Source: Sumerlaeia bacterium
Lineage (GTDB): Bacteria > Sumerlaeota > Sumerlaeia > SLMS01 > JAHLLQ01
DNA: 64,000 nucleotides
Assembly (NCBI GenBank): GCA_040219255.1
Contig: JAVJSW010000068.1
Coordinates: forward strand, 160,001-224,000
Reading direction: 5' to 3'
In this document: positions 28,515-38,047 of the stretch, in pieces
Layout of the letters: each line of letters starts with the position of its first letter
Numbering within the stretch: position 1 is the stretch's first letter
Program-made: the position numbers and the translations under genes
The notes under the pieces: model-generated
Seen by the model: only the letters and a program-made list of their open reading frames with translations
Told to the model about the DNA's origin: nothing
Databases searched by the model: none

Positions 28515-29909
28515 TTACTGGTAGAGATCCCAGGTATTGGCCGAAGCGGGTTCGATGCGGTTGGTGGCGGTCACCGTCACGTCGTCCCAAAGGCTGCGCG
28601 AGGCGTTGAACTTGTGGGTGGCGACGGCGAGTTGATCGCCAAGGTTCAGACCCGCGTCGTAAGCACTATCGACCGCGAAAACGTAAGCGGATGCCGTGGA
28701 ATTCGGGTTGAGCAGGTGAGACGTCGACTGCCAGGAAACGCCGCCGTCGGTGCTCTGGAAGTAGGCCAGGCGGACTTCGCCGCCACCCTTGCCAGCGAAG
28801 GACATCACGAAGTTTTCCATGCCGGCTTCGAAGCCGTCGGAACGCAGTGTGTAGCGGTTCGAGAAGTCGCTGGCGGCGAAGGTAATTGCCAGAGCACTCC
28901 CCACGCTGTCGAAGGTATCGACGGTTTCTTCTTCCACAGTCACATTGCTGAGATCAGCACCCGAAGTGCCCAGGTCGTTCGTGTTGAGGACGTGCCAGCC
29001 GTTCGGAACGAGGATGTCTTCCGAGCTGATAGTCTGGGTGCTGAAGCCATCAGCAAAGGAGCTGGCGAACACGGTTTCGACACCAGCGGTGTTGTCGATG
29101 GTGTAGAAAACCGTGCTAGCACCGGTGGCCGTGGAATCGTCCTCGGCGGTCGCAGTGAAAGTCGTCACACCATCGGGGAAGGCGGTGGTATCGAAGTCGA
29201 ACGTGAAGCCGTCGCCCGGCGTCGTATCGGTCGCTTCCGGCGTTCCGTCGTTGTCGGCATCGAATTCGACCTGCGTGTAGGTGCCGGTGCCACCGGAAAC
29301 GACGGCGGTGACGCTGGTGCCGCCATCGATCCAGAAGCCGTTCGGGGGGTCGAGGCGAACGGTGATCGGAACGATCAAGACTTCCTCAAGAACGAACTCG
29401 TCGAAGAGTGCCTCAAAGCTGCCACCGGCGCTGTTGGAGCTGATTTCGATGTCCACATCGGCGCCAGCCGCAGCCGACACCACAGCGGTTTCCGCCGCGG
29501 TCCAGCCGCTGGTCGGGGTCACTGGGGCGACGGTTTCGGAGAGAACAACCTGCTCAACGTTGCCGTCGATGGTGGCGGTCACGGTCAAGCCACGAAGGGG
29601 ATCGTTGCCATTCTCGCCGTTCTTGTAGAAGAACGTGAGCTTGTAGTTGCTCGCCGAGGGCACGGTGGCAGGATAGAGAGACCCGACGGCGAAGCTGAAT
29701 CCGCCGTCGAGGAGCCGCAGAGAACCACCGGCGCTTCCGGGAGCATTGTCGGCGCTTGAGTTGATCGCTTCGCCGCCGAAGGGGCCACCGTGACGATAGC
29801 CGAAGTCGCCCGTCGGGGAGGTGCTGAAGTCTTCGATCAGGGTCGTCTGGGCCATGGCGGAACCAGCGGCCAATGCGAGGACACCGGCTAAAATTGCTGT
29901 CTTTTTCAT
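28515..29909 (-). CDS. Exported protein: jelly-roll/CBM-like domains flanking an Ig-like domain, C-terminal W-x-x-Y tag
   Basis: Signal peptide MKKTAILAGVLALAAGSAMA|Q; Ig-like FDFDTTAFPDGVTTFTATAED; ends EPASANTWDLYQ; AGGAG RBS. Confidence 0.7.
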   Translation of the reverse strand: MKKTAILAGVLALAAGSAMAQTTLIEDFSTSPTGDFGYRHGGPFGGEAINSSADNAPGSAGGSLRLLDGGFSFAVGSLYPATVPSASNYKLTFFYKNGENGNDPLRGLTVTATIDGNVEQVVLSETVAPVTPTSGWTAAETAVVSAAAGADVDIEISSNSAGGSFEALFDEFVLEEVLIVPITVRLDPPNGFWIDGGTSVTAVVSGGTGTYTQVEFDADNDGTPEATDTTPGDGFTFDFDTTAFPDGVTTFTATAEDDSTATGASTVFYTIDNTAGVETVFASSFADGFSTQTISSEDILVPNGWHVLNTNDLGTSGADLSNVTVEEETVDTFDSVGSALAITFAASDFSNRYTLRSDGFEAGMENFVMSFAGKGGGEVRLAYFQSTDGGVSWQSTSHLLNPNSTASAYVFAVDSAYDAGLNLGDQLAVATHKFNASRSLWDDVTVTATNRIEPASANTWDLYQ

Positions 29910-30211
29910 AGAGATTCTCCTTTTGCATCGGGGGGAACAGGGGGGTGGATTGGAGGCGGAAAGGGCGCGCTGAGAAACCGTTTGATAGGATCGGGTCTGT
30001 CGGGAGAGGCCGGAGGAACCGTGTCAACGGAGCAGGAACGCGCTCAATTACGCCGAATTGCTAAGAACCTATTGAAACTAATTGCGGGCAAGTGTCAACC
30101 CCGGATATGCAATTCGATGCAGGCAAAACGAATCTCCTGGACCGGTCAACAAATGCGTCTGCAAAAAAAGGAGTTACAAAGCCGCTCTGTAAAGCATCCG
30201 GCGATATTGCT

Positions 30212-32182
30212 ATGACACGCCCCTTCCGCTTCCTTCCCGGCGCCTTTCGCGCGATTTTTTTTCTGATTTCTGGAACCGCCCTCTTCGCCGCCCCCGAACC
30301 GGGCCATTCCCCCCCGGCCCGCGCCGCGCTGCCCGCCGAAGCCACCCTCGCCGAAGCCGCGCCTCCAGACCCGGCCCTCAAGGGCGCTATCGCCAACTCC
30401 GCCGTCCGGCCCGTCATCGACCCGCGCTACATCGTCTTCGGCTATCATCCGTCCTATCGCGACGGCATCGAGTTCCACTATCGCTGGCACGCGCTGACCC
30501 ATATCGGTTACGCCTTCGTGGACTTCACCGATTCCGGCGCCCTGCAGACGGCAAGCTGGGACGGCCGGCCGAGCGCTTTCAAGGCGGGCGGTTCCGCCGA
30601 GGCCAACGGCGTGAAGGTCCACATGGTCCTGCGCAACGACAACTTTCTCGAACCGGTCCTCGACACGGTGATGCGCAGTCCCGCCCTGCGCCAGACCGTC
30701 ATCGCCAATGTGATCGCGGCGATCTCGGCGGATTCCTACGTGCAGGGCATCTCCCTCGATCTGGAGTTCGACTGGGAAGCGGAAACGCGCGATGGCATCA
30801 CGCTGTTCGTGCGCGATCTGCGGGCGGCGCTGGACGCCTGGACGGCGGCGGACCCGGCCAACCGCCCCCGCATGGAACTGAACTATTACATGAGCCCGAC
30901 GTTCAGTTCACGGCGCTACGACATCCCCGGCCTGATCGGGCATCTGGATCATGTGATCCTGAGCTGCTATCCCTGGGCCGGGGGCTTCAGCACCCGCGTC
31001 GGCGCCGTTGCCGACCGGCGCTTTTTCGTGCGTGAAGGCAACGATTACATCAATGCCGGGGTGCCGCATCCCAAGCTGGTGCTGGCGCTGCCGCTCTACG
31101 GCTTTCGCTGGGAGACGGACTCGCCCGTCTATGGCGCCACCATCCCGGACCGGGACGCCCCCGCCAACGGCGCTGTCGGGTTCAAGGACGCTCTCTATGC
31201 GACAACGCTGGGTCTGAGCTTCGGCGGGCCGCTCACGCGCAACTTCGAGGAAGCTCCGGAAGTCGCCTGGTACACCTACTCCATCGGCGGCGTCCCCCGA
31301 GTGGTGACCTTCGACGACGACCGGGCGCTGGAGTCGAAAATCGCTCTGGCCCGCGATTGGGAGGATCCGGACGGTTCCAACGGCGGCCGGCCGGTGGGCG
31401 GCGTGGCCTTCTGGGAAATGTACTGGATCGCCACCGAGGACTCCTACGATCCCATTGGCCAGCAAGTGGTCGAACGCACCCGAACCTATCCCCATGTTTA
31501 TCAGTTCTGTGCGGAGATACTGTCTCCCCCCGGCACGACCAAGTTCCCCATCGCCCGCTTCGAAGGCAACAATCCGGACTTCCGCTGGCGCGATCCGGAC
31601 GAATCACCCGACACCCGCGGCACGGCGCCGAACGCGACGAGCCGATCCCTCGCCCCCGCGCCCGGCGCCCCGGGGGCTCCGCCGGAAAGCACCATCGGCA
31701 TGGCCGTGGACTACGCGTTCGCGGGGTTCGATGGGGGCCGGGCCTTCTTCCGCCATGAAATCCTGGCGGACGACGGCGACACCGGCGTCCTGGACCGCTG
31801 GGCGGCGGCGGCCCTGGTCACGGCCGATACCCAGTTCGAAGTCTTTGTCCACGCCAGCCTGACCGCCGTGGCGGACACGGTGCGGTTTGTCGTGATGGAT
31901 GACGACCTGCAGCTGGAAATGTCCCCGCCGCTGCGCCTCCAGGCCGGATGGCAGGTTCTGTCTTGGGACATGGCGGAGCGGGTCCTCCCCTACAACACCA
32001 GCGAACCGCTCTATCGCGACGGCGACGGCGCGATCGACACGCGTGGCGGCCGCGACATCGCCTTCCTCGGCTTCCTGATCGAACGCAACACGATGGGCTC
32101 GCCCGCGCGCGTGGTCTTCGACGAACTGGTCTACACGGCGTCGGACGGCGCGCAGGACTCGGGGGCCTGGATGCTGTATTGA
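30212..32182 (+). CDS. Exported GH18-family glycoside hydrolase with C-terminal jelly-roll domain and W-x-x-Y tag
   Basis: [49 protein letters not shown]; ends [10 protein letters not shown]. Confidence 0.8.
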   Translation: MTRPFRFLPGAFRAIFFLISGTALFAAPEPGHSPPARAALPAEATLAEAAPPDPALKGAIANSAVRPVIDPRYIVFGYHPSYRDGIEFHYRWHALTHIGYAFVDFTDSGALQTASWDGRPSAFKAGGSAEANGVKVHMVLRNDNFLEPVLDTVMRSPALRQTVIANVIAAISADSYVQGISLDLEFDWEAETRDGITLFVRDLRAALDAWTAADPANRPRMELNYYMSPTFSSRRYDIPGLIGHLDHVILSCYPWAGGFSTRVGAVADRRFFVREGNDYINAGVPHPKLVLALPLYGFRWETDSPVYGATIPDRDAPANGAVGFKDALYATTLGLSFGGPLTRNFEEAPEVAWYTYSIGGVPRVVTFDDDRALESKIALARDWEDPDGSNGGRPVGGVAFWEMYWIATEDSYDPIGQQVVERTRTYPHVYQFCAEILSPPGTTKFPIARFEGNNPDFRWRDPDESPDTRGTAPNATSRSLAPAPGAPGAPPESTIGMAVDYAFAGFDGGRAFFRHEILADDGDTGVLDRWAAAALVTADTQFEVFVHASLTAVADTVRFVVMDDDLQLEMSPPLRLQAGWQVLSWDMAERVLPYNTSEPLYRDGDGAIDTRGGRDIAFLGFLIERNTMGSPARVVFDELVYTASDGAQDSGAWMLY

Positions 32183-32322
32183 CGCGGCCGAGGACCCCTC
32201 TACCGAAGCCTCCTCCGGCCGCTCGCCACGCAACCCAATCCGGCTCTTGCATCCCGCCCGGCGCCCAAGGCAGGGTTCGCAGTCTTAAGAACGACTCGAC
32301 CCTAAGAGAAGGACTTCCCTCC

Positions 32323-33075
32323 ATGACCGATCAAGCCCCCGCCACGCTGCCCCGAATCGACGGGCGCGCGCCGAATCGTCTGCGGCCGGTGCGCCTGGTG
32401 CCCGACTACCTGCGCTTCGCCGAGGGGTCGGTGCTGGTGGAATGGGGCAACAACCGCGTGATCTGCGCGGCAACGGTCGAGAACGGCGTTCCCGGCTGGT
32501 TGATCGGCCAGGGCCAGGGCTGGGTCACGGCGGAGTACGCCATGCTGCCCCGCAGCAGCAAACAGCGCATCATGCGCGACGCCAACCGCAACAAACCCAA
32601 CAGCCGAGGCATCGAAATCCAGCGCCTCATCGGCCGCAGCATCCGCAGCGTGGTGGACTTGAAAGCCTTTGGCGAACGCACGATCCTGATCGATTGCGAC
32701 GTGCTCGAGGCGGACGGCGGAACCCGGACCGCTTCGATTACCGGGGCCTTCGTGGCGCTGGCGCTGGCGATCCGGAAACTGCGCGAGGCTGGCCAGATCG
32801 GCAAGAAGCCGATCCTGACCGACTACCTGGCCGCCGTCAGCGTCGGCATCGTCGAAGGCCGGCCGGTCCTGGACCTGGACTACCTGGAAGACAGCCAGGC
32901 GGAAACCGACATGAACGTGGTCATGACCGGCGCGGGCAAGTACGTGGAAGTCCAAGGCACCGCCGAGGGCGCGCCCTTCAGCGCCAAAGAGCTGCAAGCG
33001 CTGCTGGCCCTGGCGGGCGAAGGAATCGGCCAACTCATCGCGGCACAGAAGGAAGTGGTGGGGGAACTGGGGTAG
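32323..33075 (+). CDS. rph: Ribonuclease PH
   Basis: [56 protein letters not shown]. Confidence 0.97.
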   Translation: MTDQAPATLPRIDGRAPNRLRPVRLVPDYLRFAEGSVLVEWGNNRVICAATVENGVPGWLIGQGQGWVTAEYAMLPRSSKQRIMRDANRNKPNSRGIEIQRLIGRSIRSVVDLKAFGERTILIDCDVLEADGGTRTASITGAFVALALAIRKLREAGQIGKKPILTDYLAAVSVGIVEGRPVLDLDYLEDSQAETDMNVVMTGAGKYVEVQGTAEGAPFSAKELQALLALAGEGIGQLIAAQKEVVGELG

Positions 33076-33150
33076 GCCTTTGGGCCTGAACTATCCAAGC
33101 TGGGAGCAGCTCGTCCCAGCCTGGACGAAGCGATGTCCCTACGACACCCG

Positions 33151-34242
33151 CTACATCTTCCCCGCGCCGTGCATCGCGGGTTGGTAGCCATCGAGCTGGC
33201 GCTTCATTTCCTCGACCTTCTTGGCGTTGTTCAGGGCCACATCGCGGGTGATGATGCGGCGGCGGGCCAGCTCCAGAAGGCAGCGGTCCATCGTCTGCAT
33301 GCCGTACTTGGTGCCGGCTTCCATGAAGCCGGGTACCTGGTGGGTCTTGCCTTCGCGGATCATGTTGCGCACGGCGTCCGTGCCCGTCAGGATTTCCAGC
33401 CCGGCGACGCGGCCTCCGCGGGTCGAGGGCAGCAGCCGCTGGCAGAGGATCCCTTCGATGACGCCCGCCAGCATGATGCGGATTTGTTCCTGCTGGTGAG
33501 GAGGGAACACGTCGATGATACGGTCGACGGTCTGAACCACGTCCACGGTGTGCAGCGTCGAGAAAACCAGGTGGCCCGTTTCCGCCGCGGTGACGGCGCT
33601 GGAGATGGTTTCCAAGTCGCGCATTTCGCCCACGAGAATGACGTCCGGGTCCTGGCGCAGCGAATACTTGAGCGCGGCGCTGAAGGAGGTGGTGTCTTCG
33701 CCGACCTCGCGCTGCTCCACCAGGGCGGTCTTGTGCGGGTGCAGGTATTCGATGGGGTCCTCGATGGTGATCATATGGATCGCCTGCTCGGCGTTGATCA
33801 GGTCGAGCATCGCCGCCAGCGTGGTGGATTTGCCCGAACCGGTGGGGCCGGTGACGAGCGTGAGTCCGTTGGGCCGGCGGCAGAGGACTTCGAGCACCCG
33901 GCCGGGCAGGCCGAGTTCCTGAAAGCTCTTGATTTCCGTGGGGATCGAGCGGAAGGCGGCGGCGACCGACCCGCGCTGAAAGTGGGCGTTCACGCGGAAA
34001 CGCGCCACGTTGGTCACCGACAGCGAGAAGTCCAGATCCTTGTGCTCCTCGAACTTCTGCTTCTGGATATCCGTCAGAATCCCGAAAATCAGACGCCGTG
34101 TGTCGGCGGAACTGAGAACGGGATGATCGAGGTTCTGCAATACGCCGTGGATGCGCAAAGTGGGCGGTCGGCCGACGGCGATGTGCAAGTCGGACGCTCC
34201 TTGTTGCACAGAGATTCTCAGCATTTCTGTCACGTCGAGCAC
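33151..34242 (-). CDS. pilT: Type IV pilus retraction ATPase PilT
   Basis: ASDLHI, RFRVN, GPTGSGKSTT, TIEDPIE, LRQDPDVILVGEMRDLET, TGHLVFSTLHT, AVRNMIRE, GMQTMD; GTG start at 34242 with GAAGGAG RBS. Confidence 0.93.
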   Translation of the reverse strand: MLDVTEMLRISVQQGASDLHIAVGRPPTLRIHGVLQNLDHPVLSSADTRRLIFGILTDIQKQKFEEHKDLDFSLSVTNVARFRVNAHFQRGSVAAAFRSIPTEIKSFQELGLPGRVLEVLCRRPNGLTLVTGPTGSGKSTTLAAMLDLINAEQAIHMITIEDPIEYLHPHKTALVEQREVGEDTTSFSAALKYSLRQDPDVILVGEMRDLETISSAVTAAETGHLVFSTLHTVDVVQTVDRIIDVFPPHQQEQIRIMLAGVIEGILCQRLLPSTRGGRVAGLEILTGTDAVRNMIREGKTHQVPGFMEAGTKYGMQTMDRCLLELARRRIITRDVALNNAKKVEEMKRQLDGYQPAMHGAGKM

Positions 34243-34869
34243 AGCGGGGTCGTCTCCTTCAAGACAGCGAAGCGGATTGTTGGGAGCCCGGAGGGTAGGG
34301 ATGCGGGCAGCGTTCGCCTTCTGATACCATGGTTTCGCGCAAACTCTCCAAAGCCGTGGCGGGCTCGTCAAACGGTTTTGGATTCTGGCGCTTCGGCAAA
34401 GCCCCTTTCCCCATTCCCCCGATCCGTCAAGAAAATCCCCTACGGAAAACACAGGGGTCAGAGATTCCACGAAGAGGAGACGAAAAGGACCGCCAGGCTC
34501 CTTCTTAACCTCAACCATTTCAATAATCCTCATCCTGAAACCTGTTGCCATTGGTCTCCATTTTTGTTCCTTCGCAACGAAAGAATCGGGTTCGTCCCGG
34601 TTATCGACCGATTCTTTCGCCCCTTTTTCGAGAAAGAATCTGACTTCCACCAGTCACCCGAACAAGGAACACCTTTCCGTTGTCGCACTACGTAACTTCT
34701 CTCGTACCAACCGTCTTCGTGCCTCCCTGGATCCGAGTTGCAGAGTTGGAGGAACCTGGCCCGGATCAAAAGAAAAGCGCCGCGAAATCTGCACGATGGG
34801 GCTTTGCGCCGGGCTTGCGGCCGGGGTGAAGTGGTGGGAAGCCACGGGAGATGAAGAGGGCACGAGCTT

Positions 34870-36705
34870 GTGAACGCGCTGTTTGGGATTGTCGTCAAAG
34901 AGCCGGAAGGCGGCCTGGAGGTGGAGCCGTCGCTGCGCGCGATGGCGGATCGCATGGCCTGGCGCTGCCCGGCCGCGGGCGAGGCGCGGGTCGTTGTGCG
35001 TGGGGGCTTTGGGGCGGGGGCGCTGGGTGCGGGGGCGGTGATCGAGGACACGGCGGCGGGCGGCCTGGTGGTGGCGGAGGGTTTGCTGGCTGGCGGGAAC
35101 GATCCCGGCGCGGCGTGGGAGCGCTGGGGCGCGGCGGCTCCGGAGCGCCTGGCGGGCGAGTTCGCGCTCGCCGTCGTAGCGGAGCGCGAGCTGTTCCTGG
35201 CGCGGGACCGGTTTGGAATGCGGGCGCTGGTTTGGGCCGAGACAGAGGCCTGGGTGGCATTCGCGACGGATGCGCGGGCGCTGCTGGCGCTGCCGAGGCC
35301 AAGCGGCTGGGAGCTGGAGCCGGCGGCCATCGCGCGGCACCTGCTGGGTCTGTCGCGTTTGCCTGAGGAAACCGCCTTTGCCGGAATCCGGCGCGTTCCG
35401 GCGGCGCACCGGGTGGTGTGGCGAGGTGACGCCGCGCGGATCGAGCGCTACTGGAATTTGGCGGAGGCGGCGCCTGAGGCTGCGGACGGCGCCGCAGACG
35501 TGCCGGAGCGCCTGAGGGCGGTGTTTCGCGGAGCGGTGGGGCGCCAACTGGCGGGACTGCGCCGGCCGGCGGCGGCGGTCAGCGGCGGCCTCGACTCGTC
35601 GTCCGTGGCGGCCATGGCTCAGAGCCTTTCGTCCGAACCCCTGGCGGCGTACCGCGCCGTCTTTCCGAAAGACCAGGCGGCGGACGAGTCGCGCTTCTCC
35701 GACGCCGTCATCGCCCAGAGCGGGATGCTGGGCCACGCCTTCGACGGGGGCGCCGAGAATCCGCTGCTGGACATGGAGGACCTGCTAGGGCGGCTGGATC
35801 ATCCGTTCTATCCGCCGAACCATTTTCTTCAGCGGCGCATGTACCGCGACGCGGCGGCGCGAGGGTGCGACGGATTCTTCGAGGGCAACGACGGCGACAA
35901 TGCCCTATCGCACGGGCTGGGGAGGCTGCGCGAGCTGGCGCGGGCCGGCGCGTGGCGGGCGCTGGCGGCGGAATACGAGGCGCTGAGGCGCCGGCGGACC
36001 AACGGCATGGATTGGCCCCATCCCGCGCGGGCGGTGGCGCGGGATTTCTGGCGCTGGCGCGCGCGGCGCTGGCGCATGGGCGGAACGATGCGGGCCCTGG
36101 GCGACCGGCTGGCCCTGGGAACGGGCGACGCGCCGGGCGAGCTGGAAAGCCTGATCTCGCCTGAGTTCCGCGAGAGCCTCAACCTGGAACCGGAGCCGCC
36201 CCTGCGCTGGAAAACGGAGCGCGAAGCCCACATCGCGGCGATCACGGCGCCCTGTCAAACGCCCATCGTGGAGTTCATGCGGGCCTCGGCGGCGCAGGCG
36301 GGGCTGGACTTGCGGCTGCCGTTCTTCGATGCCGAGCTGATCGCGTTCTGCGTGGGCCTGCGGAGCGATTGGAAACTGCGCGATGGCTGGACCCGCTACT
36401 CCATGCGCCAGGCCATGGCGGGGCTCCTGCCCGACGCCGTGCGGTGGCGGGCGGAGAAGGGACGGCTCGACGGCAATTTTCAGCGCGTGTTCCAGCGCGA
36501 CGGCCGCGAGGCCACCGCCCGCGCCCTCTGGGACGAGGCCGCCCTGATCGAACCCTACGTGGATCTGGCGGCGGCTCGGACGGCCTTCGAGCGGTTCTGG
36601 GGCGGCGTGGCGAGGCCGAACGACGATGGGCTGCTGTGGGATGTGCTGGCGCTGGCGATGTGGTTGAGCGGCGGTCCCCTGGACTCGCTTCCACAGAGCC
36701 ACTGA
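34870..36705 (+). CDS. Asparagine synthetase-related protein (lasso-cyclase-like, no N-terminal Cys)
   Basis: GEFALA..LARDRFGMRAL, SGGLDSSSV PP-loop, LPFFDAELIAF, R.AM.GLLPD.VRWR.EK; starts MNALFGI rather than MCGI. Confidence 0.75.
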   Translation: MNALFGIVVKEPEGGLEVEPSLRAMADRMAWRCPAAGEARVVVRGGFGAGALGAGAVIEDTAAGGLVVAEGLLAGGNDPGAAWERWGAAAPERLAGEFALAVVAERELFLARDRFGMRALVWAETEAWVAFATDARALLALPRPSGWELEPAAIARHLLGLSRLPEETAFAGIRRVPAAHRVVWRGDAARIERYWNLAEAAPEAADGAADVPERLRAVFRGAVGRQLAGLRRPAAAVSGGLDSSSVAAMAQSLSSEPLAAYRAVFPKDQAADESRFSDAVIAQSGMLGHAFDGGAENPLLDMEDLLGRLDHPFYPPNHFLQRRMYRDAAARGCDGFFEGNDGDNALSHGLGRLRELARAGAWRALAAEYEALRRRRTNGMDWPHPARAVARDFWRWRARRWRMGGTMRALGDRLALGTGDAPGELESLISPEFRESLNLEPEPPLRWKTEREAHIAAITAPCQTPIVEFMRASAAQAGLDLRLPFFDAELIAFCVGLRSDWKLRDGWTRYSMRQAMAGLLPDAVRWRAEKGRLDGNFQRVFQRDGREATARALWDEAALIEPYVDLAAARTAFERFWGGVARPNDDGLLWDVLALAMWLSGGPLDSLPQSH

Positions 36706-36895
36706 AGAAAGCCCTCGAGCGATAGAATCCCTCCTCCGCGCAAACTCCGTCCTTTGCGGACTCTGCGGTTAGAAGACCCTCGCGCCGTGCCGCGGGCCCA
36801 CCCCAGCTTGACACAGGCGCCGCCCGCGCGTCACGTTCTGGGGCTCTTTCGCGCCGCGTGCGCGCCTATTTCCTCGTCCCGGGCAGGCAACCGTT

Positions 36896-38047
36896 ATGGG
36901 CTCCACCTTCGGCCATATCTTCCGCATCACCACCTTTGGCGAGAGCCATGGCGGCGCCGTCGGCGTCGTGGTCGATGGCTGTCCTCCCGGGGTGCCGGTC
37001 TCCGTCGAAGCCATTCAGCACGATCTCGACCGCCGCAAACCGGGCCAGTCGAAAATCACCACCGCCCGCGCCGAAACCGACACGGCGGAGATCCTCTCGG
37101 GCATATTCGAGGGCAAAGCCACCGGCACGCCCATCGCCATCATGATCCGCAACAAGGACGCCCGCAGCACGGATTACGAGGGCTTCAAAGACAAGTACCG
37201 CCCCAGCCACGCCGACTACACCTACGATGCGAAGTACGGATTCCGCAACTGGGCGGGGGGCGGCCGCTCCAGCGCCCGCGAAACCATCGGCCGGGTGGCC
37301 GCCGCCGCCATCGCCAAGACCCTCCTGCGCGAGGTCGCCGGCGTCGAAATCGTCTCCTGGGTGTCGCGCGTGGCCGACATCACGGCGAAGGTCGATCCGC
37401 TGACGGTGACCGAGGCCGACGTGGAGGCCAACATCGCGCGCTGCCCCGATCCGGAGGCGGCCGAGCGCATGATCGCCTTCATCTCGAAAATCAAGAGCGA
37501 GGGCGACAGCGTCGGCGGGCTCGTCGAAGTCGTCGCCCGCAACGTGCCCCCGGGCCTGGGCGAGCCGATCTTCGACAAGCTGGAGGCGGACCTGGCCAAG
37601 GCCATGCTCTCTCTGCCGGCCAGCAAGTCCTTTGAAATCGGCTCGGGCCTGGAGGGCACGTACCTGCGCGGCAGCGAGCACAATGACCTTTTCGCCCCCG
37701 GCCCCAATGGCCAGATTTGCACCCTGACAAACCGCAGCGGCGGCGTGCAGGGTGGCATCTCGAACGGCGAGGCGATCAGCCTGCGGGTCGGCTTCAAACC
37801 GGTGGCGACCATTCTCCGCCCCCAGGAAACGGTGACGCAAAGCGGCGAAGTGGCCACACTGATGCCTAAGGGCCGCCACGATCCGTGCGTTCTGCCGCGG
37901 GCGGTGCCAATGGTCGAGGCTATGATGGCTCTCGTCCTGGCGGACCATCTGCTGCGGCAGCGGGCCACGGCCCCCCATCTGTTGGAGAAAACCCTGGCGG
38001 CCCGGCGCCCCGATTCCGAAGGAGCCGCCTCGGCACCGAGCGCATGA
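36896..38047 (+). CDS. aroC: Chorismate synthase
   Basis: [37 protein letters not shown]. Confidence 0.97.
   Translation: MGSTFGHIFRITTFGESHGGAVGVVVDGCPPGVPVSVEAIQHDLDRRKPGQSKITTARAETDTAEILSGIFEGKATGTPIAIMIRNKDARSTDYEGFKDKYRPSHADYTYDAKYGFRNWAGGGRSSARETIGRVAAAAIAKTLLREVAGVEIVSWVSRVADITAKVDPLTVTEADVEANIARCPDPEAAERMIAFISKIKSEGDSVGGLVEVVARNVPPGLGEPIFDKLEADLAKAMLSLPASKSFEIGSGLEGTYLRGSEHNDLFAPGPNGQICTLTNRSGGVQGGISNGEAISLRVGFKPVATILRPQETVTQSGEVATLMPKGRHDPCVLPRAVPMVEAMMALVLADHLLRQRATAPHLLEKTLAARRPDSEGAASAPSA

Noticed and set aside
34243-34650. 136-codon in-frame extension of PilT
   Set aside because: Lacks genome-like codon bias, and a good RBS plus GTG at 34242 gives normal PilT length; kept only as a regulatory-region note.
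34243-34869. Possible lasso peptide precursor or c-di-GMP riboswitch
   Set aside because: No small ORF with a lasso leader motif and no GEMM consensus was found by eye.
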